From the NCBI RefSeq assembly GCF_009914755.1, contig NC_060941.1: 64,000 nt of DNA. The stretch is one strand, 5' to 3'. Origin of the DNA: the human T2T-CHM13v2.0 reference genome, Homo sapiens. Shown one piece after another: positions 1 to 17,771 of this stretch. The notes under the pieces are model-generated. The model searched no databases and was not told the origin of the DNA. It worked only from the letters and a program-made list of their open reading frames with translations. A program made the translations under genes and the position numbers. How positions within the stretch are numbered: position 1 is the first letter of the stretch; every line of letters begins with the position of its first letter.

Positions 1-373
1 TTTCATCTTCCATCACTGATACCCTTTCTTCCAGTTGATCACATCAGCTCCTGAGGCTTCTGCATTCTTCACTTAGTTCTCGAGCCTTGGCTTTCAGCTC
101 CATCAGCTCCTTTAAGCACTTCTCTGTATGGATTATTCTAGTTATACATTCGTCTAAATTTTTTTTTCAGTTTTTAACTTCTTTGCCTTTGGTTTGAATT
201 TCCTCCTGTAGCTCAGAGTAGTTTGAGCATCTGAAGCCTTCTTCTCTCAGCTCGTCAAAGTCATTCTCCATCCAGCTTTGCTGAGTTGCTGGTGAGGAAC
301 TGCATTCCTTTGGAGGAGGAGAGGCACTCTGCTTTTTAGAGTTTCCATTTTTTCTGCTCTGTTTTTTCCCCAT
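1..373 (-). pseudogene. L1 ORF1p N-terminus with in-frame premature TGA at codon 69
   Basis: ORF track 167..373 matches ORF1p. AAC TGA AAA AAA AAT TTA replaces consensus AAC TTT GAA AAA AAT TTA, and homology continues in frame after the stop. Confidence 0.9.
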
Positions 374-894
374 CTTTGTGGTTTTATCTACTTTTGGTCT
401 TTGATGATGGTGATGTACGGATGGGTTTTTGGTGTGGATGTCCTTTCTGTTTGTTAGTTTTCCTTCTAACAGACAGGACCCTCAGCTGCAGGTCTGTTGG
501 AGTTTGCTAGAGGTCCACTCCAGACCCTGTTTGCCTGGGTATCAGCAGCGGTGGCTGCAGAACAGCGGATTTTCGTGAACCGCGAATGCTGCTGTCTGAT
601 CGTTCCTCTGGACGTTTTGTCTCAGAAGAGTACCCGGCCGTGTGAGGTGTCAGTCTGCCCCTACTGGGGGGTGCCTGCCAGTTAGGCTGCTCGGGGGTCA
701 GGGGCCAGGGACCCACTTGAGGAGGCAGTCTGCCCGTTCTCAGATCTCCAGCTATGTGCTGGGAGAACCACTGCTGTCTTCAAAGCTGTCAGACAGGGAC
801 ATTTAAGTCTGCAGAGGTTACTGCTGTCTTTTTGTTTGTCTGTGCCCTGCCCCCAGAGGTGGAGCCTACAGAGGCAGGCAGGCCTCCTTGAGCT

Positions 895-1220
895 GTGGTG
901 GGCTCCACCCAGTTCGAGCTTCCCGGCTGCTTTGTTTACCTAAGCAAGCCTGGGCAATGGCGCACCCGTCCCCCAGCCTCGCTGCTGCCTTGCAGTTTGA
1001 TCTCAGACTGCTGTGCTAGCAATCAGCGAGACTCCGTGGGCGTAGAACCCTCCAAGCCAGGTGCGGGATATAATCTCCTGGTCCGTGGTTTTTTAAACCC
1101 GTCAGAAAAGCGCAGTATTAGGGTAGGAGTGTGACCCAATTTTCCAGGTGCCATCTGTCACCCCTTTCTTTGACTAGGAAAGGGAACTCCCTGAACCCTT
1201 GCACTTCCTGAGTGAGTCAA
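895..1220 (+). promoter_or_regulatory. L1 antisense promoter/ORF0 region with splice donors
   Basis: ORF0-like peptide PPASLLPCSLISDCCASNQRDSVGV in track 895..1134. The ORF0 ATG at 957 is frameshifted. Donor-like sites CAG|GTGCGG (~1061) and TGA|GTGAGT (1212). Confidence 0.7.
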
Positions 1221-2029
1221 TGCTTCACCCTGCTTTGGCTCATGCATGGTGCACTGCACCCACTGTCCTGCGCCCACTGTCTGGCACTCCCTAGTGAGAT
1301 GAACCTGGTACCTCAGATGGAAATGCAGAAATCACCCGTCTTCTGCATCGCTCACACTGGGAGCTGTAGACTGGAGCTGTTCCTATTCAGCCTTCTTGGC
1401 TGCCCCCTCTTTTTTTTAAATTCAATATTTTCTGACCATTGTGAATGGAAGTGGCTTTCAAAGATGGGGCTATGTATCTTTTGGTCTATTCTAGTCCATT
1501 TCCTCACAATCTATCATTATAAGGCTAAATACCATGGGGCACAGAGATGCTTAAGAAAGAAAACTGAAGGAGAGAGGGTGGGGTTTGGAACAGAATTAGC
1601 ATTTGTTGACCAGGTATCAGTTGATATTATCTCATATATTGTTTGCAAGAAGCCTGTGTCTATTTCCTATTTATAGATGATTAAACAGAGGTGAGAGAAG
1701 TTAATAAACATGTCCAGGTTGACAAAACTAGGAAGTGGCAGAGTTGACATTCGTATCTTTTTTTGTAGGACTCCAAACCCCACCCCCCCTTTTTTTTCCC
1801 CATTAAACCATGAGGCCTCTGGACAAGATGAAGTATCTGACCTTTCAGCTTCTGGTACTGAAGAGAGCATTGCAGGTAGGCGTCCTCTTTGATGAGATAT
1901 GAGATGTCAAACCAACATATTATGATTACACACTATATAACTTCCAAGACATTTGTATATATTGATTATGATCTGGCTACAGGACATAATATTTGACTGC
2001 TAAAGATTAAAGTATATTTCGTCTTCTTC

Positions 2030-2323
<294 letters not shown>

Positions 2324-2619
2324 AGTTAAAGTATATTTCTATTGCTTATTACTTAAACATATAATGCTTAGAAAAGGAAAGGCTGATTAAAGCACACAGT
2401 TACAGGAAAATTTTCCAGATATGTTATTTTCTATTTAAAGCAACCATTTAACATTTTATTTGCGGTTCCAGAATTTTGTTTCACAAATATTTCTGAGCCT
2501 CACAGAGGCTTTAGATGTGTTATGAAAACTTTACTGAAGTGAACACAGTGGTGTATTACTAAAGGATGGGTGAAATAGAAACCTTTTTTTTTAGCTACAT
2601 TTCTTATTGATAGATTGAA

Positions 2620-3369
2620 CTCACCTTCTTTGAAGCCCCATTCCCGAAACTATAGATCAGACCCTCAGTGTTGTTATGGAACATGCTAACGTAGTCCTCT
2701 ACACAGTCCCATCCTTCCCATGCATGCTACTAAGCTAAGACCTGTGACTGCCTCACCTCCCTTCAACCCTAGTCTGCGAAGAAACTGCCTTTGAACTTCT
2801 TAGTGATGGCAGTCTGTCCCCTCGTCACCAGTGCATTCCTGATGATCTTGGTGAAAGCTATCTGTGTTCTCTGGGCTTCCCATGGAACATGCTTATCTGG
2901 TGGACCTTCTAGACTCATGTCATTTATCCATTTTAGCAAGTATATTCCCTTAGCTCCTTTATTTCTTCCTCTATCACCTGCTAGGGAAATGCAGGCATTT
3001 CTACATTGCTGAAAGCTGACCATTGTTTTTTTCCAGGTTTCTAAGAGCCACAGTAGCAATGAGTTTGTCTCATTCCCTCCATACCTTGCTAGAACATTAA
3101 ACTGTGTTAAATAAAATACTTCTAATTCAATGAAATCTTGCTTATCCAGCTTTACGTTTTTGTCTCCTTGATCAAGCATCCTCAAATTCAAATCACAGGA
3201 GAACTTCCCTGACTCCTGCCAGTTCTTAGGGATGTAGTCTTTTAGGCATATAATTGCTTTCTGCTCCTATCAGACTCAGCATATCCCTAGCCTGGTTATG
3301 ATGAAATTTTTCCCTATTTAGCAGTCCGGAAGGCAGAAGAGAAGATGTGGCAGCTCCTGAGTGGGGCAC
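2620..3369 (-). mobile_element. ERVL (HERV16/ERV3-16A3-type) internal region, gag remnant
   Basis: ORF 2769..3191 LRMLDQGDKNVKLDKQDFIEL...NSLLLWLLETWKK...VPWEA...FTKIIRNALV resembles the ERV-L gag motif WILRVLDQGGRNIKLD...IRNALVRG. Confidence 0.8.
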
Positions 3370-3410
3370 TGTATTAGTTTCCCATGGTTGCTGTAATAAA
3401 TTACCACAGG

Positions 3411-3736
<326 letters not shown>

Positions 3737-3955
3737 TCAGAAGTTCTAAAATCAAGATGCTAGCCAGAGAGAAGTTGTTTCTTTGAATTTTCTAACTCCT
3801 GGAAGCCACTTGCCTTTTTTGAGTTATGGCTTCTTCCTCCACCTTCAAGTCCTGCAACATAGCATCTCCATTCTCTCTCTCTCTCTCTGACTTCTGCTTT
3901 CATTGTTGTGCCTTCCTCTCTGACACTGACCCTACTGCCTTCCTCTTACAAGAAC

Positions 3956-5780
3956 TTTTTTTATATTTAAATACTTTTTGATGCATTATATTTGTACATA
4001 TTTATGGGGTACATGTGAAATTTTGTTATATGCATAGAATGGGTAATGATCAATTCAGGGTATTCAGGGTATTCATCACCTAAGGATTTAGCATTTTCAT
4101 GTGTTGGGTACATTTCAAGTCCTCTTCTGGCTATTTTGAAAAGTATAATACAGTGTTGTTAATTATAGCCACGCTGCTTTTCTATCAAAGATTGAATGTA
4201 TTTCTTCTATCTAACTGTGTTTGTACCCATTAACCAACTCTCTTCATTCCCTCTTCTACACATACACCCTTTCCGGTCTCTGTTATCTATTATTCCACTC
4301 ACTACCTCTATATGATCATTTTTTTTTTTTTAGCTCTCACATAGGAATTAGAATATGGAATACTTGTCTTCTGTGCCTGGCTTATTTCACTTAGCATATT
4401 AACCTCAAGTTCCACCTGTCTTGCTGAAAATGATATTATTTCATCCTTTTTTATTGCTAAATAATATTTCATTGTGTATATATACCACAGATTTTTTGTT
4501 TTTTTGTTTTTACCCATTCATCCATTGATGGACAGTTACGTTGATTCCATATCTTTGCTATTGTGAATAGTGCTGTAACAAATATGGCAGTGTGGTAATC
4601 ACTTTGATATATTGATTTCTTTTCCTTTGGATAAATACCTAACAGTGAGACTTCTGGGTTATATGGCAATTCTATTTTAATTTTTTTGAGAATCTTCATA
4701 CTGTTTTCCATAGTGGCTGTATTAACTTACATTTCCACTAACAGTGTATAAGAGCTCCCTTTTCCCTTTTCTCTGTAATCTCATCAGTATCTGTTATGTT
4801 TTGTCTTTTGGTAACAGCCATTCTAACTGGGGTAAGTTATCTCACTGTGGTTTTGGTTTGCATTTCTCTGATAATTAATGATGTTGAACATTTTTTCATA
4901 TACATGTTGGCTATTTGTATGTCTTCGTTTGAGAAAGGTCTATTCATGTCCTTTGCTCATTTTTAAATGGGATTTTTTTAAAACTGTTGAGTTGTTTGAG
5001 TTCCTTGTATACTCTGGATATTAATTCCCTGTCGAATGAGTAGTTTACAAATATTTTCTCCCATCCAAGAGGTTGCCTCTTCACTCTGTTGACTATTTTC
5101 TTTGCTGTATAGAAGCTGTTTAGTTTAATGTAGTTCCATTTGCCTATTTTTGTTTTAGTTGCCTATGCTTTTGTGGTCTCAGCCATTAATCCTCTAGCTA
5201 GATCAATATCCTTTTAATAGTTTTATAATTTCAGGTCTTATGTTTAAGTCTTTAGTCCATCTTGAGTTGATTTTTGTATATGGTGAGAGATAGGGGTCCA
5301 GTTTCATTCTTCTGTATATGATTATCCAGTTTTCCTAGAATCACTTATTGAAGAGGGTGTCCTTTTCCAGTGTCTGTTCTTGATGGCTTTATCAAAAGAT
5401 CAGTTGACTATAAATGTGTGGATTTATTTCTGGGTTCTGTTGCACTGGTTTAAGTATCTATTTTTATAACAATACCATGCTTTTTTGGTTACTATAGTTT
5501 TGTAATATATTTTGAAGTCACGCAGTGTAAGGCCTCCAGCTTTGTTCTTTTTATGCAGGATTGCTTTGGCTGTTCTGGCTCTTTTTTGATTGCATATGAA
5601 TTTTAGGATTTTCTTTCTATTTCTGTTAATGACACTAGTATTTTGATAGGAATTTCATTCAATGTGTAGATTGTTTTGGAAAGTATGGTCATCTTAACAA
5701 TATCAATTATGCCAACCCATGAGCATGGAATGTCTTTTCATTTGTTTGCGTCGTCTTCAATTGTTTTCATCAGTGTTTAG
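3956..5780 (-). mobile_element. L1MA 3' portion (ORF2 end plus 3' UTR)
   Basis: ORF2 C-terminal remnants in tracks 4308..4517 and 4469..4711 (IELPYNPEVSLLGIYPKE). L1MA-type 3' UTR and T-tail. Confidence 0.9.
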
Positions 5781-5969
5781 AATGCTTTGAGCCCACCCAA
5801 ATAATCCAGGATAATCTTCATACCTCAGTATTCTAATTAATTACTTGTGCAAGGTCCTTTCTGCCATGTAATGTAACATATTCAGAGATTATAGAAATTA
5901 GGACCTGACATCTTTTTGTGTGTGTGGCAGGGTGGTGGAGGGCGTGGGGCTATTATTTCATTTACCACT

Positions 5970-6171
5970 GGCGTGTGTTGTTTTATGGGAGAGGGGCATC
6001 TGCAGTGGGAAATGCTAGTCCTTATTAGAGGAATGGTGGGCTACCTCATGCCAGCGACTATCCATGCCCCTCCTTCCAACTGGGGTGCTGTCTTCTTCCT
6101 CTGCTGGGTGGTGGTTAGCCAGTTCTAATCCTCAACTCATTGCCTGTTTCTGAGGATCACTCCTGGCACCA
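5970..6171 (-). mobile_element. ERVL internal leader with tRNA-Leu-type primer binding site
   Basis: Minus strand TGGTGCCAGGAGTGATC (6155-6171) lies directly next to the LTR. Confidence 0.7.
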
Positions 6172-6174
6172 CTT

Positions 6175-6597
6175 TTGTTATTCCAGGTCTTCTGGGAAGT
6201 AGATGCCAAGACTGGATTAAACATGTGGGGAAACAGCTGGAAACATCTGGGAAAATGCCATATGAAGGAAAATGGGGAGGGGACTGAGATAGACTTGGAG
6301 AGCCTTCACAGTGTGAAGCAAGTGTGACCCTGAGAAGCAAGTGTGACCCTGAATGGATATCCCCCTCCTTCTGAGGGAAGTTCAGTAGTGCCCCTGGGGG
6401 GTCCTAAATCAAAGCTGGCCATCAGAGGAGAGCCTTTGTGTCCTAAGAATGGGTTAGCCTTGATACAATCAGTCATTGGCCAGGAGCAGCCTATGGGAGG
6501 TATACCCTTGGCACAAACCTGATGCTGGATTCCAGAGCTTGTTCTATTATCCTCCTGTCTTGGAAGATCTGTGAGGAACATTCTCATGCTGCCACAG
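6175..6597 (-). mobile_element. LTR16-family LTR (5' LTR of the ERVL remnant)
   Basis: GGTCTTCTGGGAAGTAGATGCCAAGAC...CAGTCATTGGCCAGGAGCAGCC...GCTGCCACA is typical of LTR16B/C. Contains a 19-nt tandem duplication at 6316-6353. Confidence 0.75.
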
Positions 6598-6636
6598 ACA
6601 TCATTTTGGCTTTCAAACATTAGGGTATGTACTTTC

Positions 6637-7122
<486 letters not shown>

Positions 7123-8199
7123 AAACATTAGGAGATATACTTTAAACAATAAACATGTAACTATAAAATTACCACACGAGCCTCAAGAATGTAGTTTAAA
7201 TACTGTAAAAAAAAGTGTTGTAAACATCCTTGAAAGTTAAAAGAAAGAGCACAAGCATTTAAAACAAGAAAAACATCATGGGTGTCTGTGATGGACCTTG
7301 AAGGATGATTGAGATTCTGATGGATTAATATTGGTTGAGGGGAGAAGGCATCCTTCATGGAGCAAATGATTGAACGTAATTTTAGAAGGAGGATGGTATG
7401 CATTGTCTCTGGGAACCAGGAATGGTACAATGACCTGAAGCATCAGGTGTCTGTAGGGAAACAATGATTGATTTGGTGATTAGCTGGGGTCATATAGTGG
7501 AGGGCAAGGACTGACAGAATGATTAGGAATTAGTCAAGAAATAGGGAAGGAAAAAATGTTCTAGAAGACACAGCAAGTGCAAGAAGAGGTAGATTTGAAT
7601 AAAGATGATGAGGTCTAAGGGAGAAGAGTGAAGATAGCCATATTAATCAATACTAAAGGTAGGATTATTATTAGATCTTTGGGATCTAATAATAATTAAT
7701 GAATTAATTAGATCTTTGGGATCTAATAATAAGATTTGTTTGGGAATTGTGAGAATCATTATGTTAAAATAATTTTAACATGGTAGCTGATTGTATTAGG
7801 GAGTAATGGCCAGATGAGAGTGGAAATAAAGACTCCAAGCCAAAAGTTGGAGAGTGAGAGATGAAAAATGTTGTGGAATTCTGTAGATTATAATAAAGAT
7901 GAAAAAAAGAGGCAGACATAAGTAAGTGGCATGAATTACTAAAGAGTTGTTGGGATAATGAAGTACCCTGTTTTTGTTTTCCCAGAATATGAGCGTCCAT
8001 CATGGACCAACCAATAACTTCAATAAAAGTGCTGTATCCCCTGGCAGATGATGAGTATCTTCAAGATGGTGAGTATCTTCATCTCTGTATCACCAGGACC
8101 TGCCTAAAAAAACAGGTCCATAATACAGTCTGTAAGAAACTATTACATAAATGAATGAGAAATGGATATCAGGAAAGAAAAAAACCAATTATCAATCGG

Positions 8200-8390
8200 G
8201 TATGTGCTGAGAGATGAGCAATGTCAGGCACTTTTGCCTACACCATTTTACTAATTTTCCAACAATTCAGTGAGTTAGATCTTATCCCCATTTAAGAAAT
8301 GAAGATATTGAGGTTTTGAGGGCTTTAATAATGACTCGAGTTCCCATGATTAGTAAATGGCAAAAACACAGAGCAGGATGCTGGGTTGGG
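8200..8390 (-). mobile_element. MIR
   Basis: TTATCCCCATTTAAGAAATGAAGATATTGAGG core-like motif. Confidence 0.6.
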
Positions 8391-8746
8391 CAGCGGATGA
8401 CAGCAGGAATGTTCTCCGTTGAAGAAGGCTTTGATATGGTTTTGAAGAAACCTGGTTTTGGTTAACACTAGGAAATTGAAGGAGTTTGTGAGAAGAAAGG
8501 TGCAATTTAGTGGTGAGACAATGAACATCCAGATGATGCAGTGAAAATGAGACTTTTCATTGACACTGAGTAGGAGCGAGTAGGGTTAGAATGGTCCAGT
8601 AATTGAACATTGATGAGAGGTTGGAAAGATACAGTTTCAAGAAAGGATTTGAAAACCCAGGATTTAGGAAGCGTTTATTTGATATCACTTGCAGTTTGCT
8701 GAGGAACTGGGGCACAGAATAGAAAACAGTGGATCAAGTAATATCA

Positions 8747-9285
8747 TGTATTGTTATCTATTGCTATGTAATAAATCATCCCTGAAGTTAGTGGATTACA
8801 AGAATATGTATTTTCACACAGTTTGTGTAGATCAGGAATCTGGGAATGGCTTGACTGGATCCTCCAGCCCAGGGATTCATACAAGGCTGCAATCAAGGTA
8901 TCAGCCAAGGCTGCTGTCATCTCAAGGCGTAACTGGGGCAAGATCTGCTTTCAAGCTTACTCACAATGCTGTTTGCAGAATTCAGTTCCTGCTGGGCTGT
9001 TGGACTAAGAGCTACAGTTTCTTAGTACTTAGCCTCTCCAGAGGGCAGCTCACAATAGAGTAGCTGACTTTATCAAAGTGAGAAAGTGAGAAAGAGCAAG
9101 AGAGTGCCAGCAGGATAGAAGTCACAGCCTTTTATAACCTACTTTCAGAAGTAATAGCCCATCACTTTTGTTACTTAGAAGGAAGTCATTAGGTCTAGGC
9201 CACCCATGGTGAGGGGTTACACAAGAACATACCTACCAGAAGGCAAGGATCACTGGGGGCTATTTTAGAAGTAGTCTACTCCAAA
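8747..9285 (-). mobile_element. MLT1F-like LTR
   Basis: TGTATTGTTATCTATTGCT...CAGGAATCTGGG...GGCTGCAATCAAGG...GGATCACTGGGGGC. Confidence 0.8.
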
Positions 9286-9496
9286 GTGGTTCACCAGAAA
9301 CGAGTTGCTCTTTCTCAACAAAGAATTAGAGGTAAAGTTGTTGAGAGAGAGTTTAACATGACATAAAAGAAGAATTGGTTATGAATCATGGCATTCGGAT
9401 CTATAAGGAAGTAGAATGATTTATCATCCTCAGATTGACCTTTTTGATTCACTTTCTTCAATGGGCTTTCTGGAAAGAAGTTACCTGGCACCTTAC

Positions 9497-9777
9497 CTGA
9501 CTCTCTCTCAATTGAAGTGTTGGTTAAGGTAGAATGGCCTCACCAATCTTTCAGTGTCTCATCCTTATTTGAACATTCGATCGTACAGTAGATTTGCAGT
9601 CTTATAGTGTGTCAATGATAGCACCACTTTTTCCAAATCTTATCCAGTGATTCAGTAATAAAGGCATTTCTTGTGATTCTGGAGCCTCAGCTAAGCTTTG
9701 AAACACACGTTCTGTGGCAGGGCAAGTTTTTTCATGGTCTTCAGTGGCCAAAGAACAACAGTGATTGTGATAAGTTC
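9497..9777 (-). pseudogene. exon relic E22
   Basis: Acceptor ATTCCATCTAG|G. Donors TTG|GTGAGG (exon end 9544) or CAG|GTAAGG (9497). 57 open codons TYHNHCCSLATEDHEK...GAIIDTL*. Confidence 0.45.
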
Positions 9778-9884
9778 CTAGATGGAATGATAATCTGTTG
9801 CAGGTATTCAATAAAGAAGAATCCAAACATATTAGTTTTTAAGTTTTTGTTTAAATTTAATTAATGAATTAATAAATTAATTAG

Positions 9885-10172
<288 letters not shown>

Positions 10173-10362
10173 ACCTAGCCTCTTAGTGGGGAGAGGGAAC
10201 ACCTTTTTTTTTCAATCCTCTGGAAACCAGAAACTTGTTACTGTGGATTTTAAAGGAATTTCAAAGGTCTTCTACATTTTTGTGGGAGACAAACTCAACC
10301 AAAACGCTTTCTCCTCATGAGGGTACTAAGACAACTCAAGGGTAAAATAATAGTTTTTTTTT

Positions 10363-10709
<347 letters not shown>

Positions 10710-11379
10710 TTACCTACATGTAAAAGAATATAGTTAGATCCCTATCTTATATACAAAAATTAACCAAAAATAGATAAAAATCTAAATGTAAGAGCTAAAA
10801 CTATACAACTCTTAGTAGAAAACAGAAGAGTACATCTTTGTGATAGTGGATTAGGCTGTAGTTTATTAGACATAACCAAAAACAACAAAAGGAAGAATAG
10901 ATAAATTTGACTTCATCAAAATTAAAAACTTCTGTGTTACAAAGGATACCATCAGTGAAAAGGCAACCCCACAGATGGGGAGAAGAGATTTGCAAGTCAT
11001 GTATATGATAAGGGATTTGTATCCAAAGCATATAAAGAACGCTTACAACTCAGGAAAAAAATAAAAATGAAAAGGCACAGAACCCAATTTGAATTCAGGC
11101 AAAGGATTAGAACAGACATTTCTCTAAAGATGACATACAAATGGTCAATACACACATACAAGGATTCTCAACATCTATTAGTCATCAGAGAAATGAAAAT
11201 GAGAACCACAATGAGTTAACACTTCACACCTGCTAGGATGGGAATAATAAAAATGACAGATAATAAGAAGCGTCAGTGAGTTAATGGAGAAATTGGAGGC
11301 TCAGACTTTGATGGTGGGAATGTAAAATGGCACAGCTGCTTTGACAAACAGTTTGGGATTTTGTCAAAAAGTTAAACAT

Positions 11380-11690
<311 letters not shown>

Positions 11691-11854
11691 AAGGTTAAAA
11701 ACAGATTTGCTGTATGATCCTGTAGTTCCACTCCTAAGTATATACCTAAGAGAACTGAAAATACATGTCCACACAAAATCTTGTACATAAATATTCATAG
11801 CAGCATTGCTAATGTAAAAACAATCCAAATATCTATCAACTGATGAGTGGATAA

Positions 11855-12165
<311 letters not shown>

Positions 12166-12669
12166 AAACAAAATATTTATAATACATATAAACATTGGAA
12201 TATTATTTGGCCATAATAAAGAATCAGGCACTGACACATCCTCCAACATGCATGGGCCTTAGAGACGTGATGCTAAGGGAGAGGAACCAGATGTAAATCA
12301 CCACACATTGTATAACTGCATCTATGTAAAATATTCGGAATAGACAAATTCACACATATAAAGTAAGCCGGCAGTGGCTGGGGCTGAAGGGAAGGGGGAA
12401 AGGAGAATGAATGTTAATGACTATGGGGTTTCTTTCTAGGGTGATGAAAACATTCTGCAAATAGATAGTGGTGATCAATGCACAACTTTGTGAATATACT
12501 AAAAAAAACCACTGAATTGTACACATTAAAAGGGTAAATTTTATGGCATGTAAATTATATTTTCATGAGAGTATTATTTTAAAATAACCGTCCTTTCATC
12601 TCAGCCCTTCTGAGTTTTGAAATATAATTAGACAAATGATAGCGTGGATTATGGTGCTGGAGCCTCTGA

Positions 12670-13036
<367 letters not shown>

Positions 13037-13726
13037 CATTACGTGTTTTTTATTTATTATATCCTGTTGAATGTATCTAACTCCATCACAAAACCCATCC
13101 CATCAACCTAACTGGGTATCATTCAATGAATTGTACACTTCCATTCAGTATGAATATAAAGGCCAGAAAAATCCATTTTTTGTTATTTCAGTCCTTTCAG
13201 TTTTCATTAATATTTTGTTTCTAAAGACGAATAATCTAATGAATGTAATTAGATGAGATGCTAACACATGTCACATAAAATCTAAGACAGAGTTCAAGTT
13301 CTAACTTCCCATCCCCTGAATTCTCAATTCTGTTTTTAACACTGGAAATAATTGTTTCTTGGCACTGGATCAGATGTATTTAATATATTTTAAAGCACAA
13401 GATGTACAATGACAAAAATTAAAAATGCCCCCAAAGAGGAAATTACAGCACATGATAGCTTATTATTATTATTTTTTTAATTTGGCAGTTTTCTGCTAAG
13501 TTCAAAGCAGCTGGGGAGAGTAGCAAGTAACAAAGTGAGACAGATTTATGAAGCCCACACTTGGCAATATTTTTGTGTAAAATTAGTCAAAATCATTATA
13601 CTTGTAGATGAAGAAATGAATTCCAACAAGTTTGCATTTTTTTAAAGAAAAATCGTATTTTGTCTAAGTGAACTGGAAGAACTGAGCAATTTATTGGATT
13701 AGTTGATCACCAGCATTGTAACTCAC

Positions 13727-13843
13727 AATAAAATTTGAGGATGTCTGCCAAGCATTGGCTCTCAGAGGAGCAGGATAATAATACACTGATTTTCAATAAG
13801 TAGAATTCAGCCCATATTACAGCCTATCTTCCTATCCAAAGAA
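13727..13843 (-). pseudogene. exon relic E21
   Basis: TTATTTCCCCTCAG|TT acceptor, ATT|GTGAGT donor. 117 nt, phase 1-1, LWIGR*AVIWAEFYLLKISVLLSCSSESQCLADILKFY. Confidence 0.5.
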
Positions 13844-14489
13844 CTGAGGGGAAATAAGCCATTAGAAGAATTTTCCACTGAAACTTCTTTGTTTTGCTCT
13901 AATGTATTACTAAAATTTTCTGATAACAAAGAATGAGACAGATATAAATATGCACCATTTTAATAAAAACCCAACTACAATACATCAATTTAAAAATATA
14001 ATTGAAATGGCTGATTTCAGAGCTGGGGCAGGATGGGCACAAGATGAGCCTGAAATATATTGTTATGCCATAAAATAAAAAAGCACTACATCCATCTACC
14101 TATCATGACCTGTCACCAGGAAAAAAATTCAACTCGAAGGGGCTACCACTGGGAAAATCTAGGTTGATTTGAGCATCAAATAATGGAGTACAATAATAAA
14201 GTATAAATCACTGGGAAAAAAGAAACTCATGGGTTTATACCAAAAATAAATAGATAAATAAGTGGGAGAGGAGGGCTCTTGCTAATAGCAGAATATTGAG
14301 GGCCAGTTGGTAAGTGTCGGGGGAGCACTGGAGTTGAAAACTTATCATTTTCCAACCATCGTGGTATGGATTGGATCCGATAAGAATAATCAATGGATTC
14401 TTAATATTAGAGGAAATTTTGTTGGGAAACAGAACATTTGTATGGTTTCAAAGTGTCTCTCTACAGACTGCTTATCTATTGTAAGGAAG

Positions 14490-14933
14490 TATGATGGTTA
14501 ATAGAGTGTCAATTTGATTGGATTGAAGGATGCAAAGTATTGATCCTAGGTGTGTCTGTGAGGGTGTTGCCAAAGGAGATTAACATTTGAGTCAGTTGGC
14601 TGGGAAAGGCAGATCCACCCTTAATCTGGGTGGGCACCATCTAATCAGCTGCCAGTGCAGCTAGAATATAAAGCAGACAGAAAAACGTGGAAAGACTAGA
14701 CTGGCCTAGCTTCCCAGACTGCATCTTTCTCCCATGCTGGACCCTTCCTGCCCTCAAACATCAGACTCCAAGTTCTTCAGTTTTGGGACTCGGACTGGCT
14801 CTCTTTGCTCCTCAGCTTGCAGATGGCCTACGGTGAGACCTTGTGATCATGTGAGTTAATACTTAATAAACTCAGATATACATATATATGTATCCTATTA
14901 GTTCTGTCCCTCTAGAGAACCCTGACTAATACA
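14490..14933 (+). mobile_element. MLT2A1 solo LTR (HERV-L)
   Basis: TATGATGGTTAAT...TTGATTGGATTGAAGGA...CTAGAGAACCCTGACTAATACA, 444 nt, perfect 5-bp TSD GGAAG. Confidence 0.92.
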
Positions 14934-15220
14934 GGAAGACAAAAAAATACAGTAATTATGCAGTGGAGAATCAGATCACACCTTAACTGCACCTTGACCA
15001 GTGGTCCCAGTGACCATCACCCATGAACAGGTGGCCTTGTGTCCCTCCAGGTGTGACACTCCTGGAAGGACACCACATTACCTATGCAGTATTCCATCTG
15101 AGAACACATAACTTCAATAAAATCCAAAGGAGAAACATTCTATGAAACAAAAATAGGAATGTATTTTTCCAAAGCATCAATGTCATGAAAGACTGTGGAA
15201 ATGTTTCAGATTATAAGAGG

Positions 15221-17771
<2,551 letters not shown>

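Larger units (their letters stand above)
1..1409 (-). mobile_element. LINE-1 L1PA3/L1PA4, complete 5' UTR plus start of ORF1 (element continues beyond left edge)
   Basis: Minus strand begins GGGGGCAGCCAAGAAGGCTGAATAGGAACAGCTCC (L1 5' end). The ~1035-nt UTR includes the 129-nt segment absent from L1HS/L1PA2. ORF1 N-terminus MGKKQSRKNGNSKKQSASPPPKE starts at 373. Confidence 0.95.

Noticed and set aside
1212-1676. 154-aa plus-strand ORF
   Set aside because: Antisense L1 5' UTR running into flank from a GTG start, with no protein-like features.
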